A stretch of 64,000 bases of DNA from an uncultured Gemmatimonadales bacterium. Its GTDB lineage: Bacteria > Gemmatimonadota > Gemmatimonadetes > Longimicrobiales > RSA9. The stretch is from NCBI GenBank assembly GCA_963798845.1, contig CAWCUS010000001.1, positions 800,001-864,000 on the forward strand, read 5' to 3'. Made by a program: the position numbers and the translations under genes. Of the stretch, positions 31,397 to 41,357 are shown piece by piece. The notes beneath the pieces are model-generated. The model was not told the origin of the DNA and searched no databases. It saw only the letters and a program-made list of their open reading frames with translations. Within the stretch, counting starts at the first letter, position 1. Every line of letters begins with the position of its first letter.

Positions 31397-31798
31397 CTAG
31401 CCGTCGGCGGAGATGCGAACCGCCACGTTCCGCGTCCTCGGGCCGTCGTACTCGCAGAGGAACACGCGCTGCCACGTGCCGAGGACCAGCTTGCCGTCTT
31501 CGATGAGGAGTGTGAGGCCGGGGCCGGTGATGAGCGTCTTGATGTGGGAGTCGGAGTTCCCCTCGGCGTGGTGGTAGTCGCCCTGGTGCGGGGCCAGTCG
31601 TCGCAGGGTGGTGACGATGTCGCGCTGGACGTCGGGGTCGGCGCCTTCGTTCACGGTGAGGGCGCAGGTGGTGTGCATGGCCCATATGTGGATGACGCCC
31701 GCGCGCGTGCCCGCGTCGCGCACGCGCTGGAGGATACGGGACGTGATGTCGACCATCTGCTCGCGCTCGGTGGTTCGGACTTCGATGGGGCCGGTCAT
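31397..31798 (-). CDS. yjbQ: YjbQ/UPF0047 family protein
   Basis: HTTCALTVNEGADPDV, HAEGNSDSHIK, LGTWQRVFLCEYDGPR; ATGA overlap with the upstream gene. Confidence 0.9.
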   Translation of the reverse strand: MTGPIEVRTTEREQMVDITSRILQRVRDAGTRAGVIHIWAMHTTCALTVNEGADPDVQRDIVTTLRRLAPHQGDYHHAEGNSDSHIKTLITGPGLTLLIEDGKLVLGTWQRVFLCEYDGPRTRNVAVRISADG

Positions 31799-32736
31799 GT
31801 CTCGCCTGTTCCGATGTGGTAGATCCGACGCTGCTCCACCTGGACGGTGACGTGGGTGATGCCGAAGCGCTGGTGCATGCGGTCGTGGATGGCGGTGAGG
31901 ACTTGCTGCGCCTGCTCGACGTCGGCGATGATGGCATGCCCGCTCATGGCGAAGAAGCCGCTGGTCACCGTCCACACGTGGAGGTCGTAGACGGCCTCCA
32001 CGCCCCGGATCTCGCGGATGGCGGCCCGGATCTCCTCCAGGTCGAGGTGTGCCGGCACGGCTTCCAGCAGGATGTCCACGGACTCGCGCACGAGATTCCA
32101 GCTGCTGAACACGATCAGCGCGGCCACCAGCACGGAGATGATCGGGTCCGCGGGCGTCCAGCCGGTGGTGAGAATGATGGCCGCGGCCGCGATGGCGCCG
32201 ATCGAGCCCAGCAGGTCGCCGAGGACGTGGAGGTAGGCGCCTCGCACGTTCAGGCTCTCGCCGGCCGAGCGGTGCAGGAGGAGCGCGGCGACGATGTTCA
32301 CCACCAGCCCCGCCATCGCCACGGCGAGCATGAGGCCGCCCTCGATGGCGGCGGGCTGCCGGAAGCGCTTCCACGCTTCCAGGAAGATGAAGATGGAGAG
32401 CACGATCAGGGCGACGCCGTTGAGGAGCGCGGCCAGGATCTCGAAGCGCAGGTAGCCGTAGGTCTTCTCCGGCGTGGCCGGCCGCTGGGCGAACTTGAGC
32501 GCGAACAGCGACAACGCCAGGGCGCCGACGTCCGTGAGCATGTGCGCCGAGTCGGCCAGCAGCGCCAGGGAATTCGACAGCAGTCCGCCGACGAGCTCCG
32601 CCACCATGAACGTAGCGGTGAGCGCCAGCACCACGAGCAGATTCTTCCGCCCCGCCCCTCGTGCGTGCGCCGCAAGACCGCCGCCCGGCCGGTGGTCGTG
32701 GCCGTGCTCGTGCCCGTGCTCGCCTCTATCCGCCAT
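31795..32736 (-). CDS. Cation diffusion facilitator (CzcD/ZitB-like)
   Basis: His-rich N-terminus, SLALLADSAHMLTD, TYGYLRFE, LNVRGAYLHVLGD, DLHVW. Confidence 0.92.
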   Translation of the reverse strand: MADRGEHGHEHGHDHRPGGGLAAHARGAGRKNLLVVLALTATFMVAELVGGLLSNSLALLADSAHMLTDVGALALSLFALKFAQRPATPEKTYGYLRFEILAALLNGVALIVLSIFIFLEAWKRFRQPAAIEGGLMLAVAMAGLVVNIVAALLLHRSAGESLNVRGAYLHVLGDLLGSIGAIAAAAIILTTGWTPADPIISVLVAALIVFSSWNLVRESVDILLEAVPAHLDLEEIRAAIREIRGVEAVYDLHVWTVTSGFFAMSGHAIIADVEQAQQVLTAIHDRMHQRFGITHVTVQVEQRRIYHIGTGET

Positions 32737-33238
32737 TCGATCCGTCTTCGCTGATCACCCACGTCCAGCGCTCGCCCGCCGCGAAGGTGCGCGGCGGCAG
32801 GCGCCGCTCGAAGCCGTCGCCCTTCGCCGTCAGCACGATCGGCTCCTCCGCCGGAACGGGCGCCAGACGCGCCATGGCGGAGGGCGACACGCTCCCCAGC
32901 TCCACATCGCCGCCGGGCGGTGACAGGTACCGGAACCAGATGTCGAGGCTCCGTCCCGTCCTGTTCTCCACCTGGATGGTGGCAAGGGGCACAGCGCGTT
33001 CCACCGCGTCGTCCCCGCCGGCGCCCTGCCTTCCAGCGCACGCCCCGGCGGACAGGACGGCGGCGACGAGCGCGGCGGGGCCGGTGGCGCCGAGGGCGCG
33101 GGCGATGGTCCGGGCGACAGCCCCGGAAACGCCCCGGTCGAGGAGGGCGCCGGGAGCTCCGCTCCGGTAGGCGCGGGCGTGAGCGGCGCGCGTGCGAGCG
33201 GCCCGGATCACGGCAGCGCCGGTGCCCCGGCTACCCAC
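32726..33238 (-). CDS. Hypothetical lipoprotein; true start probably further downstream
   Basis: Fills the gap in a tight operon; AGAC lipobox-like; beta-rich IQVENRTGRSLDIWF. Confidence 0.55.
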   Translation of the reverse strand: MGSRGTGAAVIRAARTRAAHARAYRSGAPGALLDRGVSGAVARTIARALGATGPAALVAAVLSAGACAGRQGAGGDDAVERAVPLATIQVENRTGRSLDIWFRYLSPPGGDVELGSVSPSAMARLAPVPAEEPIVLTAKGDGFERRLPPRTFAAGERWTWVISEDGSNGG

Positions 33239-34152
33239 CCGCCGACGCGGATGGCCACGGGGTGGCGCGCTTCGTGGCGTACCACCAGGCGGAGCTGGCT
33301 GGGGTGTCCCATGGCCTCGCCCTGGCGGATCCGCAGCTCCGTTGCCCCGCCCACCAGTCCTTCCCTCGCCAGGTAGGCGCCCAGCGATGCCGCGGCCGTG
33401 CCGGTGGCCGGGTCCTCATCGATATCGACGGCCGGCGCGAAGGAGCGCGAGCGGACCCGGCCCGCCTCGGCGTCCAGGACGAACGGGTAGAAAACGATGA
33501 TGCGCCCCGGCTTCCCGATCTCGCGGAGGCGATCGAAGTCCGGGCGCATGGCGTCCAGCGCGGACAGGTCGGCCATGGGCAGCAGGGCCACCCGGATGCC
33601 CACGTCCTCCACCGCGGCCGCCGGCCGCGACGCCAGCACTTCGACGGGGAGTCCGAGCGCCCCGGCGATGCCCTCGAGGTCGAGCGCCAGGTCCACGCGC
33701 CGGGCGACGGGCATGTCCATCCAGACGACGACGCCCTCGCCTTCGCGCACGACCCGTCCCACCACGGATCCGCCCGGAGCCACGGAGCGCACGCCGGCCG
33801 GCAGCTCCCCGAGCCGGCCGGACCGGGCGAGCGCCGCGAATGCCGCCGCAGTGGCGTGGCCGCACAGGTCCACTTCCCCGCCCGGCGCGAAGTAGCGGAG
33901 CCGGAACGGCGGCCGGACGGGGTCCGAGCCGTGCTCGGCGGACCGGTCGTGGTCGCCGGCTCCGGTGTCCTCCTCGGGCGGCCAGACGAACGCGGTCTCC
34001 GAAAGCGGGTTCAGGCGGACGGCCGTGCGCGTCATCTCCTCGGGCGAGGTTTCCGCCGGATCGAGGACCACGCCGGCGGGGTTGCCGCCGGGGGCTGAGG
34101 GCGACGGTGGGAAGGCCACCATGCGCCACTCGCGGGCGCTCTGCTCGTTCAT
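33208..34152 (-). CDS. PhzF family epimerase/isomerase
   Basis: GGNPAGVV, LSETAFV, EVDLCGHAT, EDPATGTA, IRQGEAMG. Confidence 0.9.
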   Translation of the reverse strand: MNEQSAREWRMVAFPPSPSAPGGNPAGVVLDPAETSPEEMTRTAVRLNPLSETAFVWPPEEDTGAGDHDRSAEHGSDPVRPPFRLRYFAPGGEVDLCGHATAAAFAALARSGRLGELPAGVRSVAPGGSVVGRVVREGEGVVVWMDMPVARRVDLALDLEGIAGALGLPVEVLASRPAAAVEDVGIRVALLPMADLSALDAMRPDFDRLREIGKPGRIIVFYPFVLDAEAGRVRSRSFAPAVDIDEDPATGTAAASLGAYLAREGLVGGATELRIRQGEAMGHPSQLRLVVRHEARHPVAIRVGGWVAGAPALP

Positions 34153-35498
34153 CGGGATCGTTCCAGTGCGAGGCGGGCCGCCGACGGCCCGGCGTTCCCG
34201 TCCCGGCGGGACTCGCCCGCGCGGGCGAGCGCGATCTTCAGGAGCACGGGGCCGACCAGGAGGTGGACGATGATCACGGCCGTGGTGACCGCGACGAACT
34301 GCCCGCCCCACGACGGGAACTCGGCCGCGACCAGCAGCGACAGGCCCAGGGTCACGCCGGCCTGCGAGATGAGCCCGAGCCAGGCCAGGCGTCGAACCGG
34401 CGCCGGCGACCCGGCGTAGCGGGCGCCCAGGCGCGCCCCGGCCCACGTGAAGAAGGTGCGGGCGGACACCACCACGAGCGCCACTGGCCAGAACGCCGCC
34501 ACCGTGTGGAGGTCCAGCGACGCGCCGGCGAGGGCGAAGAAGATGGCGAAGACGACGAGGGAGTTGGCCTCGATGGCTTCGATCAGCCGGTCGCCCGCCT
34601 CGGAGAAGTTCTCGATCACGAATCCGGCCGCCGCGGCCGCGAGCAGGAGCTCGACGTGCGCGGTGTCGGCAACGAGCACCAGGAGGTACGCGAACAGCAG
34701 GGTGCCGAGGACGGTGCGGCGCGCCTGTCGCTCGAGATACACGCCGAACGCCCAGCCCAGCGCCGCGCCAATGGCGATGGCCCCGCCAACTTCCCACGCC
34801 ACGGTTCCGATCAGCGCGGGGTCGAATGGCTCACCGCTGGTGAGCGGACCGGTCAGCGCCAGCGCCACGGCAAAGAGCACGATGACCACCACGTCCTTGA
34901 AGATGGTGGCGCCGAGGATCGTCTCCGTCAGCTCGCCCCGGGCCCCCGCCTCGTTGATCACCGCGATGGTGGCATCGGGGGACGAATTGGCGCACCAGAT
35001 GGCGAGCAGCAGCCCGACGGCCGCGGCGAACGCCCACGACTCCCCGGCCACCACGGGCGCCACTGGCTTGAGCGCCAGCACGAGCCCCGTCATGCCGACG
35101 ATCACCACGGTCAGGATGCCCAGGGCGACGCCGAGGATGGAGCGGAGCGACTTGCGCAGCTCGCCGAGCTTCAGCTCGCCGCCGGCCGTGAGGGCGATGA
35201 GCGCCAGCGCCAGCTCGTCGATGGTGCGCAGCGAGTCCACCATCCCGCCCGTGAGCACGCCGAGCGCGAACGGGCCGACGACGATGCCGACCAGGACGTA
35301 CCCGGTGACCCGGGGCAGGCGGAGCCCGGCCACCGCCGCGCCGGCGAGGTACGCCACGAGCAGAGTGAAGCCGAGCAGGACGGAAACCACGGTCCTCGGC
35401 TGCGACGACGCCTCGAGCGCGAGCACGAGGTAGGCGAAGGCGACCAGCGCCGAGAGCGTCAGCAGCCGCTTCACGGCCGCCCGGGCGTCAACCCGCAT
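34149..35498 (-). CDS. Cation:proton antiporter family protein
   Basis: RLPRVTGY, LIALTAGGEL, IFKDVV, IFFALAGASL, LISQAGVTLGL; many transmembrane segments. Confidence 0.82.
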   Translation of the reverse strand: MRVDARAAVKRLLTLSALVAFAYLVLALEASSQPRTVVSVLLGFTLLVAYLAGAAVAGLRLPRVTGYVLVGIVVGPFALGVLTGGMVDSLRTIDELALALIALTAGGELKLGELRKSLRSILGVALGILTVVIVGMTGLVLALKPVAPVVAGESWAFAAAVGLLLAIWCANSSPDATIAVINEAGARGELTETILGATIFKDVVVIVLFAVALALTGPLTSGEPFDPALIGTVAWEVGGAIAIGAALGWAFGVYLERQARRTVLGTLLFAYLLVLVADTAHVELLLAAAAAGFVIENFSEAGDRLIEAIEANSLVVFAIFFALAGASLDLHTVAAFWPVALVVVSARTFFTWAGARLGARYAGSPAPVRRLAWLGLISQAGVTLGLSLLVAAEFPSWGGQFVAVTTAVIIVHLLVGPVLLKIALARAGESRRDGNAGPSAARLALERSR

Positions 35499-36276
35499 CG
35501 GCCAGCTCCCGGATCAGCTCGGCCACTTCGGGCGGCCCCGCCAGCCACGACGACGCGGCCGTCTCCGGCGGCGGCTCGTGCGCCACCACGATCCCGCCCC
35601 CGAGATCCCGCACAACCACGAACGCGTCCTCGTCCGTGCGATCGTCCCCGACGAAGATGGCCGGGAGGGCGCCATCCGGCGCCACGGTGTCCAGGAGGAA
35701 GCGCGTCGCCGCGCCCTTGTCCCAGTCCACGTCCGGGCGCACTTCGAACACCTTCTTCCCTTCCGTCACTCGCAGGCCCGTCCGCGCGGCGGCGCCGCTC
35801 ACCGCGGCCCGCACCCTCGCCTCCGCCCCCTCGCGCTGCGCGCGGCGGTAGTGGATGCTGAGCGTCCAGCCCTTGTCCTCCACTTCCGTTCCCGGTTCGT
35901 CCGCGAGAGACCGCGCCAGCGCGGCGGCCGCGGCCTCCAGCGCCGGCCTCGCCTCCGCCGCCGCCGGGTGCACCCGGTCCACGGCCGGACCTTCGATCTC
36001 GAAGCCGTGGTTGCCGGCGTAGTAGATGCCGGCCAGCCCCACGCGCTCGCGCACGTCATCCAGACCCCGACCGCTCACGATCGCGACCACCGTGTCGGAC
36101 CGGGCGGCGAGCCGCCGGAGCGCCGCGGCCGCCGCCGGAAGCAGCGCAGCGTCCTCCGGGCGCGCGACGATCGGCGACAGGGTGCCGTCGAAGTCGAGGG
36201 CCACGAGCATCCGACCCGCCGTCCGGCGGAGTCGGAGGAGGTCCGGGATCCGGTCGCGCGCGTGTGGGAGGGGCAT
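35488..36276 (-). CDS. otsB: Trehalose-6-phosphate phosphatase
   Basis: LDFDGTLSPIV, IVSGR, YAGNHG, GKKVFEVRP, WDKG, GDDRTDEDAF. Confidence 0.92.
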   Translation of the reverse strand: MPLPHARDRIPDLLRLRRTAGRMLVALDFDGTLSPIVARPEDAALLPAAAAALRRLAARSDTVVAIVSGRGLDDVRERVGLAGIYYAGNHGFEIEGPAVDRVHPAAAEARPALEAAAAALARSLADEPGTEVEDKGWTLSIHYRRAQREGAEARVRAAVSGAAARTGLRVTEGKKVFEVRPDVDWDKGAATRFLLDTVAPDGALPAIFVGDDRTDEDAFVVVRDLGGGIVVAHEPPPETAASSWLAGPPEVAELIRELADAG

Positions 36277-36465
36277 CGGGCAGAGAGTATCACGCGCCCC
36301 TCCGGCGACGCAAACGCCCCGCCCGCCCGCGGCGGAAGCACGGCGTCGCCTTGGCGGGCGCGGCCTGCCCGGGCGGAGCCGGAGGGACGGGGGCCAGAGT
36401 GGCGGCCGGCCCGCGGCGCGGTTAACTTTTCCCCACCACATCCGCATGGAACCAAGCGTAAGCCC

Positions 36466-37518
36466 TTGTCCCACATACGACTGATCCGAAACGCAGCGCC
36501 GCTGCTCGTGCTGCTCGCCGGCGCGTGCTCGGATTCGTCCCGCATGGCCATGGGGGACGTGAACAGCGTCATCGTGGTGGTGGACGACACGCTCTGGTCG
36601 CAGGTGTCCGACACGGTCATGACCACGCTCCAGCCCACGATCTTCGCCGTGCGCCAGGAGCCGACGTTCCTGCTCACGCAGACATCGACTGCGGGGCCGC
36701 ACTGGGGAGAGCTGCGTCGCTTCCGACAGGTGCTCGCCATCGGGCACGCGGACGATCCCGCCGTGTCCGCGGCGGTGTCGGCGGCCCACGCCTCGGTCAC
36801 GCCCCCCGCCATCGTGGAAGCCAACGACGTGTGGGCCCGGAGCCAGCACGTGACGGCGCTGGTGCTTCCGCGTGGCAACGAAGCGGCCGTCGTGGCGTCG
36901 TACGTGGACAGCCTGTCGTCGCTCCTGGACTACCGCTACCGCTCGTGGGCCAAGCAGCGCATGTACTTCAGCGGCCACGATGAAGCGCTGGCCGACACAC
37001 TCGAGCAGGCGGGCGGGTTCACCGTGGACGTGCCGGACGTGTACCGGTGGCGGCAGGTGGGGGATTCGGCTTTCATGTTCCTGAACGACGAGCCCGATGC
37101 CTCGCAGCTCGTGCGCTCGCTCCTGGTCACGTGGCGCATTGGCACCGGGGGGAAGCCGGCCGTGGAGCCCGCGCTGGCGTGGCGCGACTCCGTCGCAAAG
37201 CGATTCTACGACTGGGGCCAGATCACGGAGCCGCACCCGATCCAGAGCACCGAGGTGACCATCGAGGGGCAACCCTCCGGCGTGGAGGAAATGCTGCAGA
37301 TCCGCGGCGTGTGGAGCGGCACCGACGAGTCCTTCCCCACGGGCGGCCCGTTCATCGCGCGCGTCGTGGACTGCCCCGACCAGGACCGCAGGTACCTGCT
37401 GGACGCGTGGCTGTATGCCCCCGCCAAGGACAAGTACCAGTACATCATCCAGCTGGAGGCCCTGCTCGACTCCTTCCAATGCGACGGAGCCGCCAGCACT
37501 TCCCCCGCCGCCGAGTGA
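36466..37518 (+). CDS. DUF4837-like lipoprotein; start approximate
   Basis: Lipobox AGAC, DVWARSQ, RGVW...GGPF, YAPAKDK. Confidence 0.65.
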   Translation: MSHIRLIRNAAPLLVLLAGACSDSSRMAMGDVNSVIVVVDDTLWSQVSDTVMTTLQPTIFAVRQEPTFLLTQTSTAGPHWGELRRFRQVLAIGHADDPAVSAAVSAAHASVTPPAIVEANDVWARSQHVTALVLPRGNEAAVVASYVDSLSSLLDYRYRSWAKQRMYFSGHDEALADTLEQAGGFTVDVPDVYRWRQVGDSAFMFLNDEPDASQLVRSLLVTWRIGTGGKPAVEPALAWRDSVAKRFYDWGQITEPHPIQSTEVTIEGQPSGVEEMLQIRGVWSGTDESFPTGGPFIARVVDCPDQDRRYLLDAWLYAPAKDKYQYIIQLEALLDSFQCDGAASTSPAAE

Positions 37519-37773
37519 CGAACGCAGTGACCCCCCCTGCGAACGCAGTGACCCCCCCTGCGAACGAAGTGAGCCCCTCTGCGAGGCCGCGAGGCGGCCG
37601 AGCCCCTCTGCGAACGAAGTGAGCCCCCCTGCGAACGAAGTGAGCCCCTCTGCGAACGAAGTGAGCCCCTCTGCGAACGAAGTGAGCCCCTCTGCGAACG
37701 AAGTGAGCCCCTCTGCGAACGAAGTGAGCCCCTCTGCGAACGAAGTGAGCCCCTCTGCGAACGAAGTGAGCCC
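37519..37773 (+). repeat. 21-bp tandem repeat CGAACGAAGTGAGCCCCTCTG, about 12 units
   Basis: Two variant units (37519, 37540), one 29-bp interrupted unit (37582), six exact units 37632-37757 and a final partial unit. Confidence 0.95.
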
Positions 37774-37778
37774 ATAAC

Positions 37779-40700
37779 GTGTTCGTCCACCTCCACACCC
37801 ACTCCGAGTTCTCGCTCCTGGACGGCGCGAACCGGCTTGGCGACCTGATCCGGCGGGCGCAGGAGCTCGAGATGCCCGCCGTGGCGCTGACGGATCACGG
37901 CGCCATGTATGGCGCGTGGCAGTTCCGCCAGCAGGCGACCAGGGCGGGGATCCGGCCGATCATCGGCATGGAAGCGTACGTGGCTCCCGGCGCGCGGCAG
38001 GACCGCAGCGTGGTCAGGGGCGAGCGGCCGTACTACCACCTGGTTCTCCTCGCCCGCGACCTCACCGGGTTCCGGAATCTGGTGCGGCTTTCCTCGATCG
38101 GCTTCCTCGAGGGGTTCTACCACCGCCCGCGCGTGGACCGCGAGGTGCTGGAGCGGTACTCCGAAGGCCTGATCGTGAGCAGCGCGTGCATGGCGGGCGA
38201 AGTGGCGCGCCACCTGATGGCGGGCGAGCACGATGCCGCGCGGGAGGCGGCGACATGGTACGCGGAGGTGTTCAGGGACCGCTACTACCTGGAAGTGCAG
38301 GCGCACGACACGGAAGGCCAGGCGAACCTGAACGAGAAGGTGCTCGCGCTGGCCGAGGAGCTGTCGCTCCCCGTCGTCGCCACGAACGACGCCCACTTCC
38401 TGCGCCCCGAGGACCACGACGCCCACGACATCCTGCTCTGCATCGGCCTCGGCAAGGATCGCGAGGACCAGAACCGGATGCGGTACGACCGCGGCCTCTA
38501 TTTCAAGTCGGGACCGGAGATGGCCGAGCGCTTCCCCGCGCATCCGGACGTGCTGGAGAACACGCTCGCCATCGCGGACCGTGTCTCGCTGGACCTGCCG
38601 AGGCAGTACTACGTGCCCAAGTTCCCGCTCCCCCAGGGGTTCAGCGAGGAGTCGGCGCTGCTGACGGAGCTGGCGACGAAGGGGACCCGGGAGATCTACG
38701 GCGACCCGCTTCCGCCCGACGTCCAGGATCGGCTGGACTACGAGCTGGGCGTGATCACGAACCCGACGGCCGACTACTCGGGCTACTTCCTGATCACGGC
38801 CGACTTCATCAACTGGGCGAAGGACCAGGGGATCCCGGTGGGCCCAGGTCGCGGCTCGGCGGCGGGGTCCATCGTCGCCTACGCCATGGGCATCACGGGC
38901 GTGGACCCGCTCGAGTTCGACCTGCTGTTCGAGCGATTCCTGAACCCGGACCGCGTGTCCATGCCCGACATCGACATCGACTTCTGCTACGAGCGCAGGG
39001 GCGAGGTCATCGAGTACGTGCGGGAGAAGTACGGGCGGGACAGTGTGGGCCAGATCATCACGTTCGGCACCATGAAGTCCCGGGCGGTGATCCGGGACGT
39101 GGGGCGCGTGCTCGGCTTCGAGCCCGCGGAGACCGACAGGCTGGCCAAGCTGATCCCGAACGCCCCCGGCAACAGCATGACCGTGTCGGAAGCGAGGGAG
39201 AAGATCGGCGAGCTGCGGGAGATGGCGCGCTCGGACGACCGCGTTCGTCGCCTGCTCGACTATGCCGAGACGCTGGAGGGGCTGAATCGTCACGCCAGTG
39301 TCCACGCCGCCGGCGTGGTCATCGCCCCCGGTCCGCTCCAGGAGTACGTCCCCGTGTGCACGCAGTCGGGCGGCCGCGGCGCCGGCTCGAACCGCAAGGT
39401 CGGCGAAGGCAACGGCGACGAGGACACGATCGTCACCCAGTGGGACATGAACGCACTGGAGCAGGCCGGGATGCTGAAGATGGACTTCCTCGGCCTGAAG
39501 ACGCTCACGGTCATCTACGACGCCGCGGACGCGGTGCGGAAGAGCCGCGGCGCCCTCCGCCACCCGGTCACCGGCGAGGAGTACGAGCGGATCGAGGATG
39601 TGCCGCTGGACGACGGGGCCGTGTACGAGATGCTGGCCCACGGCGGCACGAGCGGCGTGTTCCAGTTCGAGTCGAGCCTGGCCACGGACAAGCTGCGGGC
39701 CATGAAGTGCGACCGCTTCGAGGACCTGGTGGCCACGAACGCGCTGATCCGACCCGGTCCGCTGGACAGCGGGATGACGGACGTGTTCATCCGTCGCAAG
39801 CTGGGCAAGGAGCCGGTCACGTACCCGCTGCCGCAGCTGTCGGAGGTGCTGGCGCCCACGTACGGGGTCATCACCTACCAGGAGCAGTTGATGCGCATCG
39901 CGCAGGTGCTGGCCGGCTTCACGCTGGCGGAAGCCGACGTGATGCGGAAGGCGGTGGGAAAGAAGGACGCTGAGCTGATCGCCGCGCAGCTGGAGAAGTT
40001 CGTGACGCGCGCGGTGGAGCTCGAGGTGCCGCAGGCGAAGGCGAGGGAGATCGCCGAGCAGATCGAGACGTTCGGCCGTTACGGCTTCAACCGGAGCCAC
40101 TCGGTGGCGTACGCGTTGCTGAGCTACCAGACCGCGTGGCTGAAGCGGCACTACCCTGCCGAGTTCATGGCGGCGCTGCTTTCATCGGTTGTGGACAAAA
40201 CCGACGACGTGGTAAAGTACATCGCGGAATGTCGCGAGATGACGCGCCACATCCCCGGCCGCGAGGATCCCATCGAGGTCCTCCCCCCCGACGTCAACGA
40301 GAGCGGGTGGAAGTTCACGGCGGTGAGCGACACCGCCATCCGCTTCGGCATGGGCGCGTGCCGGGGCGTGGGCGAGGGCGCGGTGCGGGAGATCCTGGCG
40401 GCGAGGGCGGACGGCGGGTTCCAGAGCCTGTTCGAGCTGGTGGACCGGGTCGACCTGCGGGCCGCGGGGAAGCGCACGCTGGAAGCGCTCATCGCGGCGG
40501 GCGCGTGCGATTCGTTCGGGCACCGGGCCCAGCTCATGGCGGGGCTGGAAGTGGCGGTGGGCGAGGCGCAGCTGCGCCAGGCGGACCGGGAGAGCGGTCA
40601 GGGCTCGCTCTTCGACCTGGGCGCCGAGGCCGCGCCGGTGCGGGAAGCGCCGAAGCTGCCCGAGGTGCCGAGGTGGCCGGAGTCGGACCGGCTGGCGAGG

Positions 40701-41354
40701 GAGAAGGAGATCCTTGGCTTCTTCATCAGCGGCCACCCGCTGGACAGGTTCCGGGACGAGCTGAAGCTGTTCGGCGCGGTGAACACGGCGAACCTCTCGG
40801 AGCACCGGGACCGGAAAGTGGAGCTGGCGTGCGTGGTGACCGCGGTTGCGCGCCAGATCTCGAAGCGGAGCGGGCAGGAATGGGGGCGGGTGACCGTGGA
40901 GGACTTCCACGGCACCGCCACCGTCCTGGCGTTCGGTGAGGCGTGGGAGAAGTATCGCGACGTGCTGCTGCAGGACGCGGCGGTGGTGATCCGGGGGCAG
41001 GTGTCCGGGCGCGACCGGGACGAGGACGACCCGCCCGTCTTCCTGGACGAAGCGCTGGCGCTCGCCACCGTTCGGGACGCCGGCTCGGTGGGTCTGGAGG
41101 TCCGCCTGCGGCGCGGGGCGTCCGCCGACTGCATCGACGCGGCCACCGTCGCGTTCCGCCGCTGCCCTGGCGAGGCGCCGGTCTACGTCCGGCTGGAGGG
41201 GAACGGCGGGCACCGGGGCGAGGGTGGGAACGGGGGTGGGCGGAAGCGGTTCCGCTCCAGGACGGTGCGGGTGTCGCCGTCACCGGAGCTGGTGGCGGAG
41301 CTGAAGGAGCTGTTCGGGCCGGAGGGGGTCCGACTGGTACGAGCGCAAGGATGA
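37779..41354 (+). CDS. dnaE: DNA polymerase III alpha subunit
   Basis: FVHLHTHSEFSLLDG, GPGRGSAAGS, PDIDIDF, HAAGVVI, KMDFLGL, YGFNRSH. Confidence 0.97.
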   Translation: MFVHLHTHSEFSLLDGANRLGDLIRRAQELEMPAVALTDHGAMYGAWQFRQQATRAGIRPIIGMEAYVAPGARQDRSVVRGERPYYHLVLLARDLTGFRNLVRLSSIGFLEGFYHRPRVDREVLERYSEGLIVSSACMAGEVARHLMAGEHDAAREAATWYAEVFRDRYYLEVQAHDTEGQANLNEKVLALAEELSLPVVATNDAHFLRPEDHDAHDILLCIGLGKDREDQNRMRYDRGLYFKSGPEMAERFPAHPDVLENTLAIADRVSLDLPRQYYVPKFPLPQGFSEESALLTELATKGTREIYGDPLPPDVQDRLDYELGVITNPTADYSGYFLITADFINWAKDQGIPVGPGRGSAAGSIVAYAMGITGVDPLEFDLLFERFLNPDRVSMPDIDIDFCYERRGEVIEYVREKYGRDSVGQIITFGTMKSRAVIRDVGRVLGFEPAETDRLAKLIPNAPGNSMTVSEAREKIGELREMARSDDRVRRLLDYAETLEGLNRHASVHAAGVVIAPGPLQEYVPVCTQSGGRGAGSNRKVGEGNGDEDTIVTQWDMNALEQAGMLKMDFLGLKTLTVIYDAADAVRKSRGALRHPVTGEEYERIEDVPLDDGAVYEMLAHGGTSGVFQFESSLATDKLRAMKCDRFEDLVATNALIRPGPLDSGMTDVFIRRKLGKEPVTYPLPQLSEVLAPTYGVITYQEQLMRIAQVLAGFTLAEADVMRKAVGKKDAELIAAQLEKFVTRAVELEVPQAKAREIAEQIETFGRYGFNRSHSVAYALLSYQTAWLKRHYPAEFMAALLSSVVDKTDDVVKYIAECREMTRHIPGREDPIEVLPPDVNESGWKFTAVSDTAIRFGMGACRGVGEGAVREILAARADGGFQSLFELVDRVDLRAAGKRTLEALIAAGACDSFGHRAQLMAGLEVAVGEAQLRQADRESGQGSLFDLGAEAAPVREAPKLPEVPRWPESDRLAREKEILGFFISGHPLDRFRDELKLFGAVNTANLSEHRDRKVELACVVTAVARQISKRSGQEWGRVTVEDFHGTATVLAFGEAWEKYRDVLLQDAAVVIRGQVSGRDRDEDDPPVFLDEALALATVRDAGSVGLEVRLRRGASADCIDAATVAFRRCPGEAPVYVRLEGNGGHRGEGGNGGGRKRFRSRTVRVSPSPELVAELKELFGPEGVRLVRAQG

Positions 41355-41357
41355 CGA

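Noticed and set aside
37519..37773. CRISPR array
   Set aside because: Units are head-to-tail with no unique spacers, and there are no cas genes in the window.
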